A program made the position numbers and the translations under genes. A stretch of 64,000 nucleotides of DNA from Mobula hypostoma (lineage: Eukaryota). The stretch is from contig NC_086108.1 of the NCBI RefSeq assembly GCF_963921235.1, positions 33,420,001-33,484,000 on the forward strand, written 5' to 3'. Of the stretch, positions 50,630-64,000 are shown in pieces. The first letter of the stretch is position 1. Each line of letters opens with the position of its first letter. Below the pieces are notes generated by a model. That model was given only the letters and a program-made list of their open reading frames with translations, did no database searches and was not told the origin of the DNA.

Positions 50630-51356
50630 TACATAAGGGTTGGGTGGTGTGCGCCACGTTAATACCGAGCCTCATAACCAGTCCTTAATATTTCATATGT
50701 CGGTGATGTTTGGTTTGGCTTTCACTGGTGTGAAATGTCATCTTCTTACCTGAAACCTCAAAATACAAACAATGTGCACTTGTTAAAGCATTCGTGGCCG
50801 AACGAAATTCCACTTTAATGGATTTATTAAAAGTGACGCTGAAACGAAAAGCGACACATAAAACAATCTGTACCCGTTAATAATTTACCCGTTATATTTA
50901 GTGGACTGGTTAAAGGATTATGATAGCGCAGGTAGGCATTTAAGCACATAGTAAATAAATAATCCATAATCTAAAAATAGCGCACGCTAAGGAAATGGAA
51001 GTGTCTTCTGGGTTGCATGCGGTACAGCTGAGTGGTAACATGCCATCAACTCACCACAGCCTTTATTTCACCGTTCCCAGTTTAGGTTATAACATCTCTC
51101 CGGATGTGTCAGCTCCCGAAAACCAGAGCGTACAAAGGGACCAGATGTACAATCAACTGACCAATAAGCAAACTCTCTATGATCTTCATTGTCCTACGCT
51201 TTCTGCACCAATTGCACACGGCGTGACTATGGATCGCGATGGCGCTTGATCCTTCAACTTTTCCAAGACCGCAGGCAGACACAACCGAATTTCGCGCGAT
51301 GGAGATGCTCTGGGTAAAAAGACTTGAATGAAAGAACTTCCCTCGATAACCGGAGT
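50630..51356 (+). promoter_or_regulatory. CpG-enriched putative promoter/5' UTR of the LRRC52-like gene
   Basis: CpG dinucleotides are visibly more frequent (gcgccacg, gcgcacgc, gatcgcgat, ttcgcgcgat) in apparently non-repetitive DNA directly upstream of the ATG than in the CpG-poor background. The TSS cannot be determined. Confidence 0.45.
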
Positions 51357-51981
51357 ATGGATGTGTCTTTCACTGTAAGGACGTTAAGACTGTTGTGTAT
51401 TGTTTTTATTGCCAAAGTGTGTCGGGTTGCTGGCTGCCCTCACGGATGCAATTGTAGTCCGTTTCTAGTCAACTGCACGGGGGCCCAACTCCAACAATTT
51501 CCAACAGACATCCCACTCAACACCAAGCAACTGATTATTTCCAACAATAACATTTCCAGCCTCCCCGCTGCCCAGCTCAACTATCTGGGCAGCCTGGTGT
51601 ACCTGGACATCAGTAACAACTCCCTGACTGAGATCTCACAAAGCTCCTTCCTCAACATGCAGATGCTGGTGTACCTGGACCTCAGCCGCAATCACTTGCG
51701 GAAGATCGCTCCTTTCACTTTCAAATATCTGCCCAACTTAGTAGTGCTGAAAGTGAGCAGCAACAATGAGCTGATCTTCTTCGACAAGCGGGCCCTCTCA
51801 ACAAACTCGAAACTGCAAGAAATTGACATAAGTGGAAATAGTTTAACATTCATTGATGTCAATCTGCTCGCAGCGCTTCCGTACCTGAGGTCTGTGCGTC
51901 TTGCTGGAAACCCCTGGACGTGCAACTGTAACACGGAATGCTTAATTAGCTGGATGAGAAGACACAGAAAAATTATTCCAG
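51357..51981 (+). CDS. LRRC52: LRRC52-like (BK/Slo gamma-subunit family) coding exon 1: signal peptide, LRRNT, about 6 LRRs, start of LRRCT
   Basis: First in-frame ATG (agtATGG, strong Kozak) after an in-frame TAA at 51315. Hydrophobic leader, then CPHGCNC LRRNT, DIPLNT, repeated LVYLDISNN / LVYLDLSRN / LQEIDISGN units and GNPWTCNC. Donor CCAG|GTACAT at 51981/51982. The DIPLNT, LVYLD and PFTF motifs match my recollection of mammalian LRRC52. Confidence 0.85.
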
Positions 51982-53831
51982 GTACATTTTCAGCTGTCCT
52001 TCACTGCTGGGTGAAATTACATCTATTTAAATTTCAATTATTTCAGAATGCATCGTAGGATATCGGAAATGCGTTCAGATCGTGCTTAAACCCACCTTGA
52101 GTTCATTTTAAATTTGTATTCCGGAACGAATGAACATGTAAAGGGTTTGCTCAATCAAAGCCTTCGCCTGTACGTTTCAAATTATTTAGGTTTGCTCTAA
52201 ATGAAGTTGTTGTGGAGGTGAATATTAGTGAAGTATGTTAACGATAAAACAACATTAAAATATATTAATGATAATTATAACAAACCCCAGCACTACGTCG
52301 GCGCCTCTAATCCAGTCAGAATTAAGACGTATTTTAATATCAACTCCAACAACTATTCATCTTTCAGTCATGTTACATGTTAAACACTTGATCACTAGGT
52401 AAGGCATATATGCATTATGATCCAAGTTTAAACTTAATACGTGATATGCTGCCCGTCTTGTTTCTTCTTCCATTACTAGTAAATGAGGTTGGGGTCTGGT
52501 TTCTCTGATGTCAACGAAAGTTCAGTACCCTGTCAAGGAGCATTCGCTGCATGGATATTAATAAACTATTTTACTGTGCAGAGGGGGAAACATAAGAACA
52601 GAGTTTGATTCTGATCTGATGTGCGAACACATTTCTTAACGGGTGGGATTAATTGCAATTTCAATTTGAAATTATATTGTAGTTACAGGATTTAAAGCTT
52701 GGGTTAGACCTAATTTAGAACTTCATCACTGGATGTGTGTGTGTGTGTCGGGGAGGGGGGATGTTAGTATCGGAAGGGTCAAATTATGTAGGCAATTTGC
52801 TTAGGCTATGCATCTATTCCCTTGATTATAGAGTACAGAATATTACAGTACTGTTGATCAAAGGAATGGATAATGTAGCTGGAGATAAACTGGAAGGCTA
52901 GGTCAAGCAATGAGCCATTTAATTAGGCATTGTAGCCACGATGCTGTGCTCCTTCACAGGAAGAGCAGGGATCTAGCTCTGTTTCCTCAGTGAGTTGTTG
53001 AAACTAAGACAACCGAAGTTTTCGAAGCAGTTTGCCACATTTTCTCAGCTGAGTGAAATAAATGGAGTGGTCATAGCAGTTACAGTAGCTGTGTTCTAAA
53101 GTAAAGACGATTTGGCTTGAAAGGGAATAAATGAATAGTTTGGTGGTGACTCATATGACTTGGAGGGTCTGAGGTGATATTAAATTGCCCAAACAAATTA
53201 GGCCGCACTTTATGCTTTAGCCATTTACCTTCAGAAATGACTGTGCAGAGAAGCTGAACTCTAATGCTGTAGTCTTTCAAATGAGACTCATGCCGCAGTC
53301 TATGAATGAAGATGGTGAACAAGATTCAATAACCTGCACCAAGATTGCAATAGTGAGACCTTTTGTTGAAACTAATGTTTCTAACATTAACCATAGCATT
53401 GTTTGAAGCCATGTGTGGAGCATCCTGGGCACAGTTGCAAAGATCCTAATTGAAGGGTATTTGTGAAGCAGTTAATTTTTCTAACAAATGGGTATTTATA
53501 TTTTAGTGCTTGTCAGTCTATTGTATGTATGCAATATAACTATACAAAGTTCCAAATCAAATTTATATTGATTCAAATTCTAATTAATATTCTTTTCAAT
53601 ATTTCCAGGTGCAAATCAGGCTTGGTTTTGGATGAAATTTTGAATGTTCTTTGTAGTCACATATTTCATGATATACAACATCTTTACTATTCTTTTGTTT
53701 TCCAAAGAAACAAATCAAGACATTTTTGTTCAGTGAAATGTGAATTCAAATCCACCATGTATTAATCTTTGGATCAGATTGAACTGGTTACAAAATCTTC
53801 ATTTGATGGTTATTGTTTTCATCTTTACCAG

Positions 53832-54190
53832 ATGCTGCTGATGTCACTTGTGAATTTCCAGATTCTTTGCAAGGAATCCTTATCACAGAAGCTGCAGATA
53901 AACTTTTCCCACTTTGTCACAGGAAAAGGGAAATTAAATTGAAAGAAATCCTTTACTTTTGCCTCATTGGCCCCGGATTATTTTCTGCGAGCATTGCTCT
54001 CAATTTGACTTTCAGTTTATTGATGGTTTATTACAAGAGGATCAAAAAGAAAGATCTGAAACATTATCGCAAACTCCGCAGGGCCATTTCTTGTAAGTAT
54101 GCCAAGCGGCCTAATGTGATTATTCAAGAAATAAATACCAAAGTCAACACAAATCAGAGCACTGCTGTAGGAACGAAAGTCAAACAATGA
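53832..54190 (+). CDS. LRRC52: LRRC52-like coding exon 2: rest of LRRCT, transmembrane helix, basic cytoplasmic tail
   Basis: Pyrimidine-rich acceptor ttttcatctttaccAG ending at 53831. The phase-1 join gives ...KIIP-D-AADVTCEFPDSLQG...PLC and completes the LRRCT cysteines. TM segment ILYFCLIGPGLFSASIALNLTFSLLMVYY, then KRIKKKDLKHYRKLRR, stop TGA ending at 54190. Spliced CDS is 984 nt = 327 aa. Confidence 0.85.
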
Positions 54191-55840
54191 CTTTACTTCT
54201 GAGCTTTTACTGTGAAAAGATGGTCCATATTGTGAGCGTGCTAAAGCAGCACAAAAGATGTTAGTAACAGTTACAGTATTGCCTTAATGCCTACACAATC
54301 AGAAAACCACCATAATCAACAGGACTTACAACTGCTATTCTGAAACTTCATTTTGTAGCATGTTTGATCTCAGTGATTTCTGCACATATATTTGTTTCTA
54401 AGGAGTATTGGAATACAGAATCATCCAGATTTTATGACTTGAATTTTTGCAAATGAAATTTATTAAGTATAATCTTATTTTATTACTATATTGTTGGATA
54501 ACTTTAAACATTGGTCAGTCTCGATCATCTCCCCATAAAACAATGGACTGCCACAATAATTCATTTTACACGTAGGGAGCAAATTTGAAATCAGAGCAGA
54601 ATTAACTGGCGGCAAAAAAAGAAAACGCTTTCTATTTGTGAACAAATTAAGGAGAGTTGGTAAAGTAAAAATGTGTTATTGTATCATTTAAGTTTATTTT
54701 CAATGGACACAAGTTTGACCTTCAATAAGATTCTGAAAGATGTTGTCAAGAGAGATTGAGTGCTTCCTCACAGAGCTGGAACTGAATCAAACATCGTCTG
54801 ATGGAAAGGAAAACCCATTTTAACTTTGGGATAGTTGAATGACACAGCCAGTTCTATTTCAGAGAGATCAATACTGACCATTGTTTGACACAAATGAACA
54901 ATTTAACTCAGAGAAACTGCAAGGTGAGAGAAATGTCAATTTAATCAAACTAAGAACTTCACCTTAGATTAGGATGTTAAATTATTAGATGCGAGCAGAG
55001 AATTTGGTGATACCTGACTTAACGGCACTTCACTTGAATTCAAAAGGCCAAAATTAAAAATGTACCCATGATGCTGTTTACCTTAATGAAGAAGAATATT
55101 CTGAAATGTTCTGCATTTTTTAATTTTATTTATATATTTATTTATTTATTATTGCGATACAATACAGGTAGGACCTTCTGGCCCTTTGAGCCACACTGCC
55201 CAGCAATCTCTGGATTACTCACACCCTAATCATGGGACAAATTATAATGACCAATTAGCCTACCTGTACTGTAAAGAGTTGTGCTAACCACTACGCTACT
55301 GTGTTGCCCTATACTGAAACTGAATACTTTAGAATAATTTTCATGTAGTTGTTAAAAATTCTAGAGAACAAGGACAACATCTAATTAAATGGGACATTTT
55401 AAATCCTGTGGCCTGGGGAGTGGCAAGTCAGAGAACTTCTCACACCCTTCCCCTCTGTCTTCACATTGCTGTTTCTTTTTCTGTTTCGGTGTCTCCCTCT
55501 GCTTGGATCACTTCTTTTTTGCTTTACTCTATACACCCTAATGCTTCTCTCCCACTCTTCATGATTTATTTCTCTAATCCTTCTTTCCCTTCCAGTAGGA
55601 TATCGCAAGTATGGAACTGAGCAGCATAGCTATAGGTTACCATCGTGGTAAACAATGGTTGAACTTTGATTGTCAAAGACTCCCTTTCCAAGCCAAACAA
55701 GGACTTTAGTTAGAATGTGTAAAATTACAATGAAGTGTGCATGCTGTAAATTTAAAATAAGAATAGAAACAGCTGGAAATACTCAATGGATCAGGCTGCA
55801 TATCAAATTTCAAAGTCAATTTTATTATGCAAGTACATAC

Positions 55841-56766
55841 TTCCAGTCAAGATGGCGCCTGCATACAATGCTCCCTCGGTCGACATCTTCTGGATAAATC
55901 ATGAAACTTCTTTTATGCCTTTTGCGTTTGTTTTTCATCTTGGATATGATTCCAGAATGGTTGGAGCCTGTGGTTTGCTGTTTGGAGATTGTTTGGGTGT
56001 TCCAGTGCTCTGCATTCTCTGAGACGATTCTGGGAGGCAGAGGCAGTTTGCACAAACCTCATGGTGGCAAGCCGATGTTTGACTCTATTTCTCCAATTAA
56101 AGTGACGAGGCAGATAGAAACATCGAGGAAAATGCAGAAGCTTGGAGATCATTTGGGTGCTTCAGCTCTCTGCAGTGTCCAAGATGAATCCTGGAGACAG
56201 AGGCAGCGTGTGCAAATGTCATGGCAAGCAGCTGCCAGACAGGATGTATGCCAGTGTTTGACTCCATTTTGCCGATCATGGTGTGCCAATAAAAGCGATG
56301 AAGGAGATTGAAACATCAAGGCAAAAGTGGAAGGGGGTATTGGCTGCCTGCCTTTTGATCACTCTATTACGGGACAGGGGAGAGCCCACTGCTGGGACCA
56401 GGGAATGTTATCCAGGTTTTCTGACTTTTGGATGTGGACTTAGATTGTAGACTTTCTTTTCGGTCTTATAGTTAATTATATTCTGTGTTTTTTTGCCCAA
56501 TCTTTCTAATTTTTTTGTGTGGGGGTGGATTTGGAGGTCAATATGCCTGTTTTGTTTTGTTCATTGTTTTTGCTAGTGCAGGGAAGAGGGATTTGGGAGT
56601 TGATGTGCCTGTTCCATTTTTATTTGGTTTTTTTTTGCGTGTGGAGGTGGGATTTGGGGATTGATGATAGCGATGCCTTCCTTTTCTTTCTTGGTATCAG
56701 AGCTACCTGGAGAAGAAGAATTTCAGAGTTGTATACTTTGATAATAAATGAAACTTTGAACCTTTG
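55841..56766 (+). mobile_element. Family B repeat
   Basis: Starts TTCCAGTCAAGATGGCGCC and ends TGATAATAAATGAAACTTTGAACCTTTG. Contains about 3 T/G-rich units related to the 528-1135 minisatellite. Confidence 0.65.
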
Positions 56767-58479
56767 GCATGTCATCATACGTATACAACCCTGAGATTCA
56801 TTTTCCTGTGGGCATATTCAGCAAATCTACAGGGTAGTAACTATAACAGCATCAATGAAAAATTAACCAGAGAGCAAAAAACAACAAACTGTGCCAATGA
56901 AAATATAAATAAACAGCAATAAATAACGAGAATGTAAGATAATGAGATATAGAGTCCTTAAAGTGAAATGATTGGTTGTGGGGACATCTCAATGGATGGG
57001 CAAATGAGCGTAGTTATTCCCTTTTCTTCAAGAGCCTGATGGTTGATGGTTGATGGTTGATGTGGGAAAAGAAACATGATTAACATTTCAGTTCTGACAA
57101 TGGGTCTTCGACATGAAACATTATCTCTGTTCCTTCTCCCACAAACGTGGTCTGACCTGCTGAGTATTTCCAGCATTTGGTGTTATTTTAGTTAGAGCAC
57201 TGCATGTAGTAGTCACCTCTTTGTGCAGGACAGATCTGCAGGCATTAAAGAAAAAATGTATGCAAATTGTGTTTAGCATGTAGAAGTAGTGATACAAAAA
57301 TGCCATGAAAATTGTTGCTCTCATATTCTAAGTGAAGATGTATTCAAAGTAACTTAAATATGCTTCAGGTTCTCATTGGTTGAGAGGGCTGCCATAGATA
57401 TTAAGTGTGAATGAAACATTTCGTATATTGCTGAGGCTCTACAATTCAAGAATTTCTGTTTGACACAGAAACTGGGTAGCGTTCAGGATTTAGAACACAG
57501 GACGTTACAGCACAGCACAGACCCTTTGTCCATAATGATGTGATGACTTTTTAACCTATTCTGAGATCAATCTAAATCTTCCCTCGTACATTGCCCTCTA
57601 TTTCTCCATCAGCCATGTGCCAGATTTGAATGGGACAGGCAGGATAAAGCAATGAAGGAATAACAAACAGCTTAGGTAAATGTGACCAGGACAGTAGGTT
57701 GGCTGAGGAACAGAATTTAGATTGTATTCTACATATTTTTGCTTTAATTCCATCTCATTTTCTTATTCTTTTCCAATTTATTTACCTTCAATAATTTCCT
57801 TTTTATTTTCCCATTACTTGTGCCTTACTCTGTTTCCATAATTACCTCACTCAAAGTTATTGAATTACCAGTAGAGCCTCCCCATCCCCAGTCTGCTGTT
57901 GCTCAACTTTATCCTGCCACAAACTTATTCTCACTCCCCTATGATCAATGATGTGAGGCTTTTGAATCCATAACAGGCACCACCCCACCCCATCCAGTTT
58001 CCTTTCCCTCCAACTTTTCCAATTTCTTCTTTTAGTCATTCACCCAAAACCTTTATTTTCTTCAATTTTGTTTTTTTTTTGTTTTACAAGACAACGCATA
58101 TATAAGCTGAACATAAATATTGTGGAGTAATTTTCAAATAGTGTATGAAGCATTTTCAAGGATAGTGGAGTGGCTATACATTATTTTCTATCCAATCATG
58201 CCCGTGCAATGCAAAAGCCATTTTAAGGTCCTGAAATGCTGCCATAAGGGGAATCAACTGGAGTTTAGTCTAGGAAATGGTGGCAGGGGATGAGGAGAAA
58301 GTGATTCAAAGGGGCCAGCACAGTGATGGAGTTTGAGAACATTCTTGAAGGAGAAGTTGTTACCGTTATGCGAAGAGCAAAAACAATCCTCTAAACCTGT
58401 TTAGACTGCTCACAGCCCATCATAGAAGTCTAGGTATTAGGCTGAGACACACACAAAGTTCTGGAACTGTGTTAAAATT

Positions 58480-58730
58480 AGGACAGTTGTCCTATAGACT
58501 ACTCAAGCAATGGACAGATGTAGTCATACCCATTGTGGTCAATGTTTCAAGCTCCTCTGTCAAGACTCCTGGCTATATCTTGCTCTACTGACAGGACCGA
58601 ACCACCAGAGGTGGAGGTACAATTGCATTAAATCATCACTGAGCACTGGACGTCCTCAATATTAACAGCAGATCACGTGAAGTTCCATGCTATCAAATGA
58701 AATAAGGACAAGGAAACCTCCTCCTGTGTT
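58480..58730 (+). mobile_element. Degraded CR1/L2-group endonuclease fragment
   Basis: Reads RLLKQWTDVVI..PGYILL.*QDRTTRGGGT..LDVLNINS..HEV..GQGNLLL across frameshifts. Confidence 0.45.
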
Positions 58731-59789
58731 GGTTAGAAGTATCCAGTTCTATGGCCCATATGCTGCCTGCTCCAATAGGCTTTATTGTAACTGTGTCATC
58801 AGATGTTTCTTATGACATGTGCAGTGCAGTGAATCACTTAAAAACTAGTTTGGTGGGAATCATTCACTTGGTAATACTGATAAAGTTGCAAATATTTCAG
58901 CCTAGTGCTTGGTTCCACCATTGCTGACGGGGGGGGGGGGATATTCTTGTCACATTCTCTTCTGATCAGCTGTCTGTCTGCCATCATTCATGACTAGATG
59001 TGACAGATCTATGGAGTTTTCAGGTGATTTACTGGTTGTAGGATCTCACATCCTCAACCGTTTTATAAACAAAAGGCAGAGGATGATGTGAACTGCTGGA
59101 GGGTGTTCCGAGACAGTTACAATAATAGCATCGATCCAGCAATGTGGAGAATTCATTGAGCATTTCCTATCCACAAGAATCAGAACAAATCCAGTCTGTA
59201 TTTTCTCAATAACTGGCAAAATGTTGGCTGATAGTGACAGCAAGTAGAATTTGCTGAACTTACCTCCTGTCATCTACATCTTTACCAAACAAGAAAAAGG
59301 AGGATCATCCCAAAGTTGAAGCGGGATTGACTAGTTAAAATCAAAACAACATCTGGCTGAGTATGACACTGATGTCCCATAAAGTCACTGAATTTCAATG
59401 AACAATGATTTCTTTCTCAGAACATCTAGCCAAAGTTTATCGGAATGGTTTTCCAAGCACAGGTATTGCAATGTATTTTCTTCCATCAGAAGGTCAAAAA
59501 ATCCAGGCATTCATCGATGACACCATAATATTCACCTGAAGTCACAACTCTTCAGAAAATGAAACAGCACAACCAAGAAAACACTTATCACACCATGTCT
59601 AAATGTTAACTAACATGGTCAGCAATGTATATATTTTGGAAGAACACAGAAAGGTAGGAGCAGGAGTAGGAAACTTGGGCTTCAAGCCTGCCCTGCCATT
59701 TGATAAGATAAGCTCATTTGATCTCCTCTTCCATGCCAGATATCCAAAGCCCTAAGTTTCCTAATTCTTCAAATAAATTATTGACCAAC

Positions 59790-60300
59790 CCACAGAAAGT
59801 ACTGGAGGAACTCAGCAGTTCAGACAGTATCTAAGCAGTGGAGTAAACAGTTGACGTTTTTGGGGGTCAGACCCTTCCTCAAGACTGGAAAGGAAGGCAG
59901 CAGAGGCCAGAATAAGAAGGCAAGCAAATTGATAGGTAAGACCGGGTAAGGGAGAAGGTAGTTGCATGTGGGAGGCGTGGAATGAAGTAAGGAGCTGGGA
60001 GGTGATAGGTGGAAGTGGTAAAGGGCTGAAGAAGAAGAAATCTGATAGGAGAGGAGAATGGGCCCTGGGAGAAAGGGAAGTTGGTAGGGCACCAGAGGGA
60101 GGTGATGTGCATGAGAGAAGGAAGGTGAGAGGAGAGCCAGAATGGGGAATGGATAAAGAGAGAAAAGGAATCGGGGAGTGAAATTACCAGAAGTTACAGA
60201 AATCAATGTTTATGCCATCAGATTGAAGGCTACCCAGTGTTGCTCCTCGCCACGTTGTGGCAGTAAAGGAGGCTTGAGACTCACATTTCAGAATGGGATG
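59790..60300 (-). mobile_element. PLE 3' end/pLTR fragment (others at about 290-530, 34125-34330 and 43975-44215)
   Basis: Reverse complement of the 13300-13800 region, including a mutated hammerhead CAGTC-TTGAGGA-AGGGTCTGACCCCC-AAAAACGTC-AACTG. Confidence 0.75.
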
Positions 60301-62299
60301 ATCAACATGTCAGAACGTATGCAAAGAAAGTTAAAGTCAAGTTTATTGCTATATGCTCAAGTACAGCTATGCACAGATGCAATGAACTGAAGCAGAATTG
60401 CAAGCACATGGTATCATATAAGCAGCGTTCACAAGAATGAACACAAACATAAAACTATTACAAGAAAGAAAACAATTGGAAGAAATAAAAAAAATAGAAG
60501 TCCACTTCAGTGCAAAGTGATTAAAGTGGCCATAATGTTGCTGGACAACAGTGATTAGGGTTGGTTGATTCAAGAAGTGAATGTTTAAAGGGAAGTAGCT
60601 GTTCTTGAACCTGGAGATGCACATATTCAGGCTTTTGTACCTCCTGCCTAATGGCAGCTGTAAGAAGCCAGCATGGCATTTCTTGGCGATGGGATGCTTG
60701 CTCTTTGTAAATCCATTGCCATTACATTGAAATGGTCTCATGTGCCAATGGACTGGTTGTAATTCTGAATCACTCACGGCCCTTATTCAGGTAAGAAATG
60801 GACGGCTGAAAAATTACCTCCAAGTTATCCCTTTTTATTCTTTCCATTCTTGTTCATATCAACATTTCCTAACTGTTACTAGAACATGAGCGAGCCAATG
60901 ACTAGTATTAAGACAAGGAAAGATAAAGCAATTTTAACTTTTCGTATATGATGGTATCATCTTTTCTGACCATTTTGTCCAATCCTGAATTCTCCCTCTG
61001 ACTGACTGAAAAAGAAGATGTTTAGTGTGTACATAAACAGTAGCAAATTTAGTATTCGATGTTAAGAATACACTACTCCCTCTCATTTCATGTTAAGTTT
61101 TGGATTTTATAGAATATAATTGTTACAACAGAGCTTTAAACAATACATCTGTATTTAAAAAAAAACTGCAGTGCTGGAAAAAGGGATAATAATATATAAT
61201 AATAAATAACCAGAAACATTTAGCAGATGAGAGACAGCACCTGTGGGAAGAGAAATAGAATTAATACTTCAGACTTTTCCATCAATGCTGCCAGTCTTAC
61301 TGAGTGTTTCCAGCATTTGTTGTTTATTTTAAAAAATAAATACATCCCATTTTATCTCACACATACAAATTCATTAGAGTTCACACAAAATCAATTTTTG
61401 AAACGTTTGCTCAAATAATTTTGAACAAACCACACAAAAGGATAGAAAAACAACCATAAAAATGATTCAACACTAAAGGTGCACCCTGGGAAATTAACAA
61501 CTGTGCTCATGCTCAGTAGATTATTGCACTGATGAGGTAAATGAAAGAGAAACTATAATTTAGTGAACTGTTATTAATGTTATCATGAAATAAATGTATT
61601 TTCATTTTGTTTATCTAACTCTTTTCAATGAAAATTTAAGTTACTGAGATAAAACCAAAGACCGTCTTCATCAAATTATTTTGAGCAATTTAAGGGAAAT
61701 TAGACCATGCAGTGACACCTGGTGGTTCAAAATAACAGAGTCAGAAAACACAAGAGACAGCAAATACCGGGATCTGCAGATTAATCCTTGATTTCCACAG
61801 ATGTTGCCAGACCCTTCAGCAGTTTGTATTTTGCATTGAACCCCTGAAGTCAATGATATCATGGCTGATCTGTGACACATCCGCCCTTTCTCCATGTTCC
61901 ATAATAAGACCATAAGATATAGGAGAAGAAATTAAGCATTCTACCTATTGAGTCTGCAGTATCATTCAATCTTGGCTGCTTTTTAAAAACCCCAATCTCC
62001 TGTCTCTTCCCCATAATCTTTAACCCCCACCCCCACTTCCCTGCCAATCTGGCTTACATAAACCCAATGTCTGTTCTCCATAGTTTTTTTGTTGCAATGA
62101 ATTCCTCAACTTCACCACCCTCTGGCTGAAGAAATTACTCCTCATCTCAGTTTGAAGAAACAAATAATTTGCTTGTTTATTGATTTAGTTTATATTTTGA
62201 ATTATTACTTAATCTGAAGCACCCACCTAACAATTTAATTATCTATGTCTATGAAACCTAATTTTTTTTAGCCTTGAATACTACTAAAAGTTCAGTATA

Positions 62300-63320
62300 T
62301 AGAAAGTATTTTGTTCTAAACATTTCAGGCACGAAGTAGATGACCTCACATATGCCCAAGTCAAAAGCCTTCCAAGATGGTTTCTCCCATTCACTCAGTT
62401 CATGGCTATAACTGTAATTTATTACTTCAATCAACACTGCTAAAAATGCTGGCTTATCTTTGCATCTCTGGCAAACCTGGAGATACAACTCTTCTTCCTA
62501 TTGTTGACATCAATTACCTGGACTCTGTAAACTCCCGCTCATTCCTCACCACACTTTATTTTACTTGTGCATGAGGAGAACAGCATGGTCCCTGTCACCC
62601 ACACTGTTCTCAAGTCTGAACAGAGAAATAAATGCCATTTTTATACAGAATTGATCAATTGGTAAACTATGTATCTTTGAATTCCTTACTTGCAAGATCT
62701 GTCAACATTCACAATACAGGTGTTAAAAGTCAATAGAAACTACAAGATGATAACCGATTATACTTTGAAATTGGTACAGCAATTGTCCCTTAGTTGGTGT
62801 GTGTGTATTTTGCATCTTTCTTCTACATTCTTATCTCATCTAGGGTGAGCGAAATGCCTCTGGTAACCTAGTATATAAAGGGAAGCTACACTCTTCAAAG
62901 ACTTTTCTTGCTTGTGTTGTCCAACTTTTTCTGCAACCTATCCTTGCCTGAATATTATGTTCACCTTTGCCTTCCCGCAACTTCCAGACTATCATCCCAA
63001 TCACTTCAAAGTACACTGTCAACACAGTTAATTCTCAGATTCCACTAGTCACACTCTAGCAGTTTGTGTTGTTGCCAGTAAACCCCTCCTCTCTGTCTCT
63101 TGCATTTCAGCAAATTTTCTGTCTGGACCAATTAGGTTGCCTTCATTTCCATGGTCTCAGGTACTGACTTCTTAGGAGCGACTTTTTCAAATCACTTCAA
63201 GAAGTCCATATGAAGCGTCCCCTGTCCATCACTTTAGCCAGCTCTTCATATATTTCTGTTGATCCTGCTGGACACGACCTGCTCTTCACAATTCAATCTT
63301 GTCTCCTTTTATCAACTGAA
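62300..63320 (-). mobile_element. Ancient CR1-like RT fragments
   Basis: The reverse complement reads SRSC..EIYEE..KV.D.G..MDFLK*FEKV and SRFARDAKI, degenerate versions of CR1 RT motifs. Confidence 0.5.
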
Positions 63321-64000
63321 AAGCTTGAAGTTGATCAAAGTATGTATATTATACACAACCTTGAGATTCATCTTCTTGCGGGCAGCCACAAAAACAAAGA
63401 CACCCACCAGAACCCATTAAAAAAGACCGACAAGCACCCAATGTGCAAAAAAAAGAACAAATCGTGCAAACAAGAAAAGGTGTTTATTTGTTTAAATAAC
63501 ATGCAGAACTAAAGAGAGTCCACAGTCACAAAGCCAGTTCATCACTGCAGCCGGTCCAGGAGCCCGCTGGTTACAGGTCACAGATTCAGCTCAGTGCAGA
63601 GATGAATAATCCTTGCAAAGCAGTGAGATGAACACTGGCCCACCCCTCATCTCCAGCCCCAACACCCCAACCTTTTCAATCCGGCCCGGTACCTAAATTG
63701 GGCAAACATCGGCTGGTTCCTCACACTTGGGCCCAGAGCCCAGTGCCTGGATTCAGTTTGTACCCAATCTTTTCAATCTGGCCCAGGATTAATTATAAAT
63801 TAATGATTTCTACACAGCTGTCAGCCTATCCAGTTTGTATTTTCCAGGTTAAGAAATGCTATATTTGGCATTCTCATTAACTGTACAGTGTAAGTTCTCT
63901 GGGGTAGAAACATCCCCTGGGTTTGTGACATTAAATGAGTGCAAAAATGCCATCAATTAAGAAGAATTTTGGAAAGGGCTACAAAAATCCCCACTTAGTG

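Noticed and set aside
50995..51249. 84-aa ORF upstream of the LRRC52-like gene
   Set aside because: No recognisable domain, and the TSS is unknown, so uORF status cannot be supported.
51324..52058. Single-exon 244-aa LRR protein starting at TTG
   Set aside because: ATG 51357 has a strong Kozak context. Sequence after 51981 is intron read-through, and exon 2 supplies the remaining LRRCT and the TM.
59036..59160. Possible terminal exon (…ISHPQPFYKQKAEDDVNCWRVF…) after TTGTAG
   Set aside because: No recognisable protein family and no partner exons; it would need RNA-seq or TBLASTN support.
59845..59890. Additional active hammerheads (here and near 14790, 34190, 44040, 57090)
   Set aside because: Core nucleotides are mutated or deleted (e.g. 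CUGA>UUGA and GAAA>AAAA here).

Overview
This is a 64 kb, CpG-depleted and repeat-rich vertebrate window. The repeat set (esterase-bearing CR1, HE1/V-SINE-like SINEs, Penelope-like elements) suggests a cartilaginous fish, probably a ray; that assignment is an inference. I can support one host gene: a two-exon LRRC52-like gene (BK/Slo channel gamma-subunit family), CDS 51357-51981 + 53832-54190, 327 aa. The rest is largely mobile DNA. It includes a near full-length but inactivated CR1 LINE (16410-20682) plus many CR1 fragments, and a 5'-truncated Penelope-like element with an open RT + GIY-YIG frame and an intact-looking minimal type I hammerhead ribozyme at 13707-13744. There is also an internally deleted RTE LINE with a structured 5' UTR, non-autonomous repeats, three DNA-transposon MITEs with clear TIRs and TSDs, SINEs, a minisatellite and several nested insertions. 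Family names come from motif recognition only; no database search was run.
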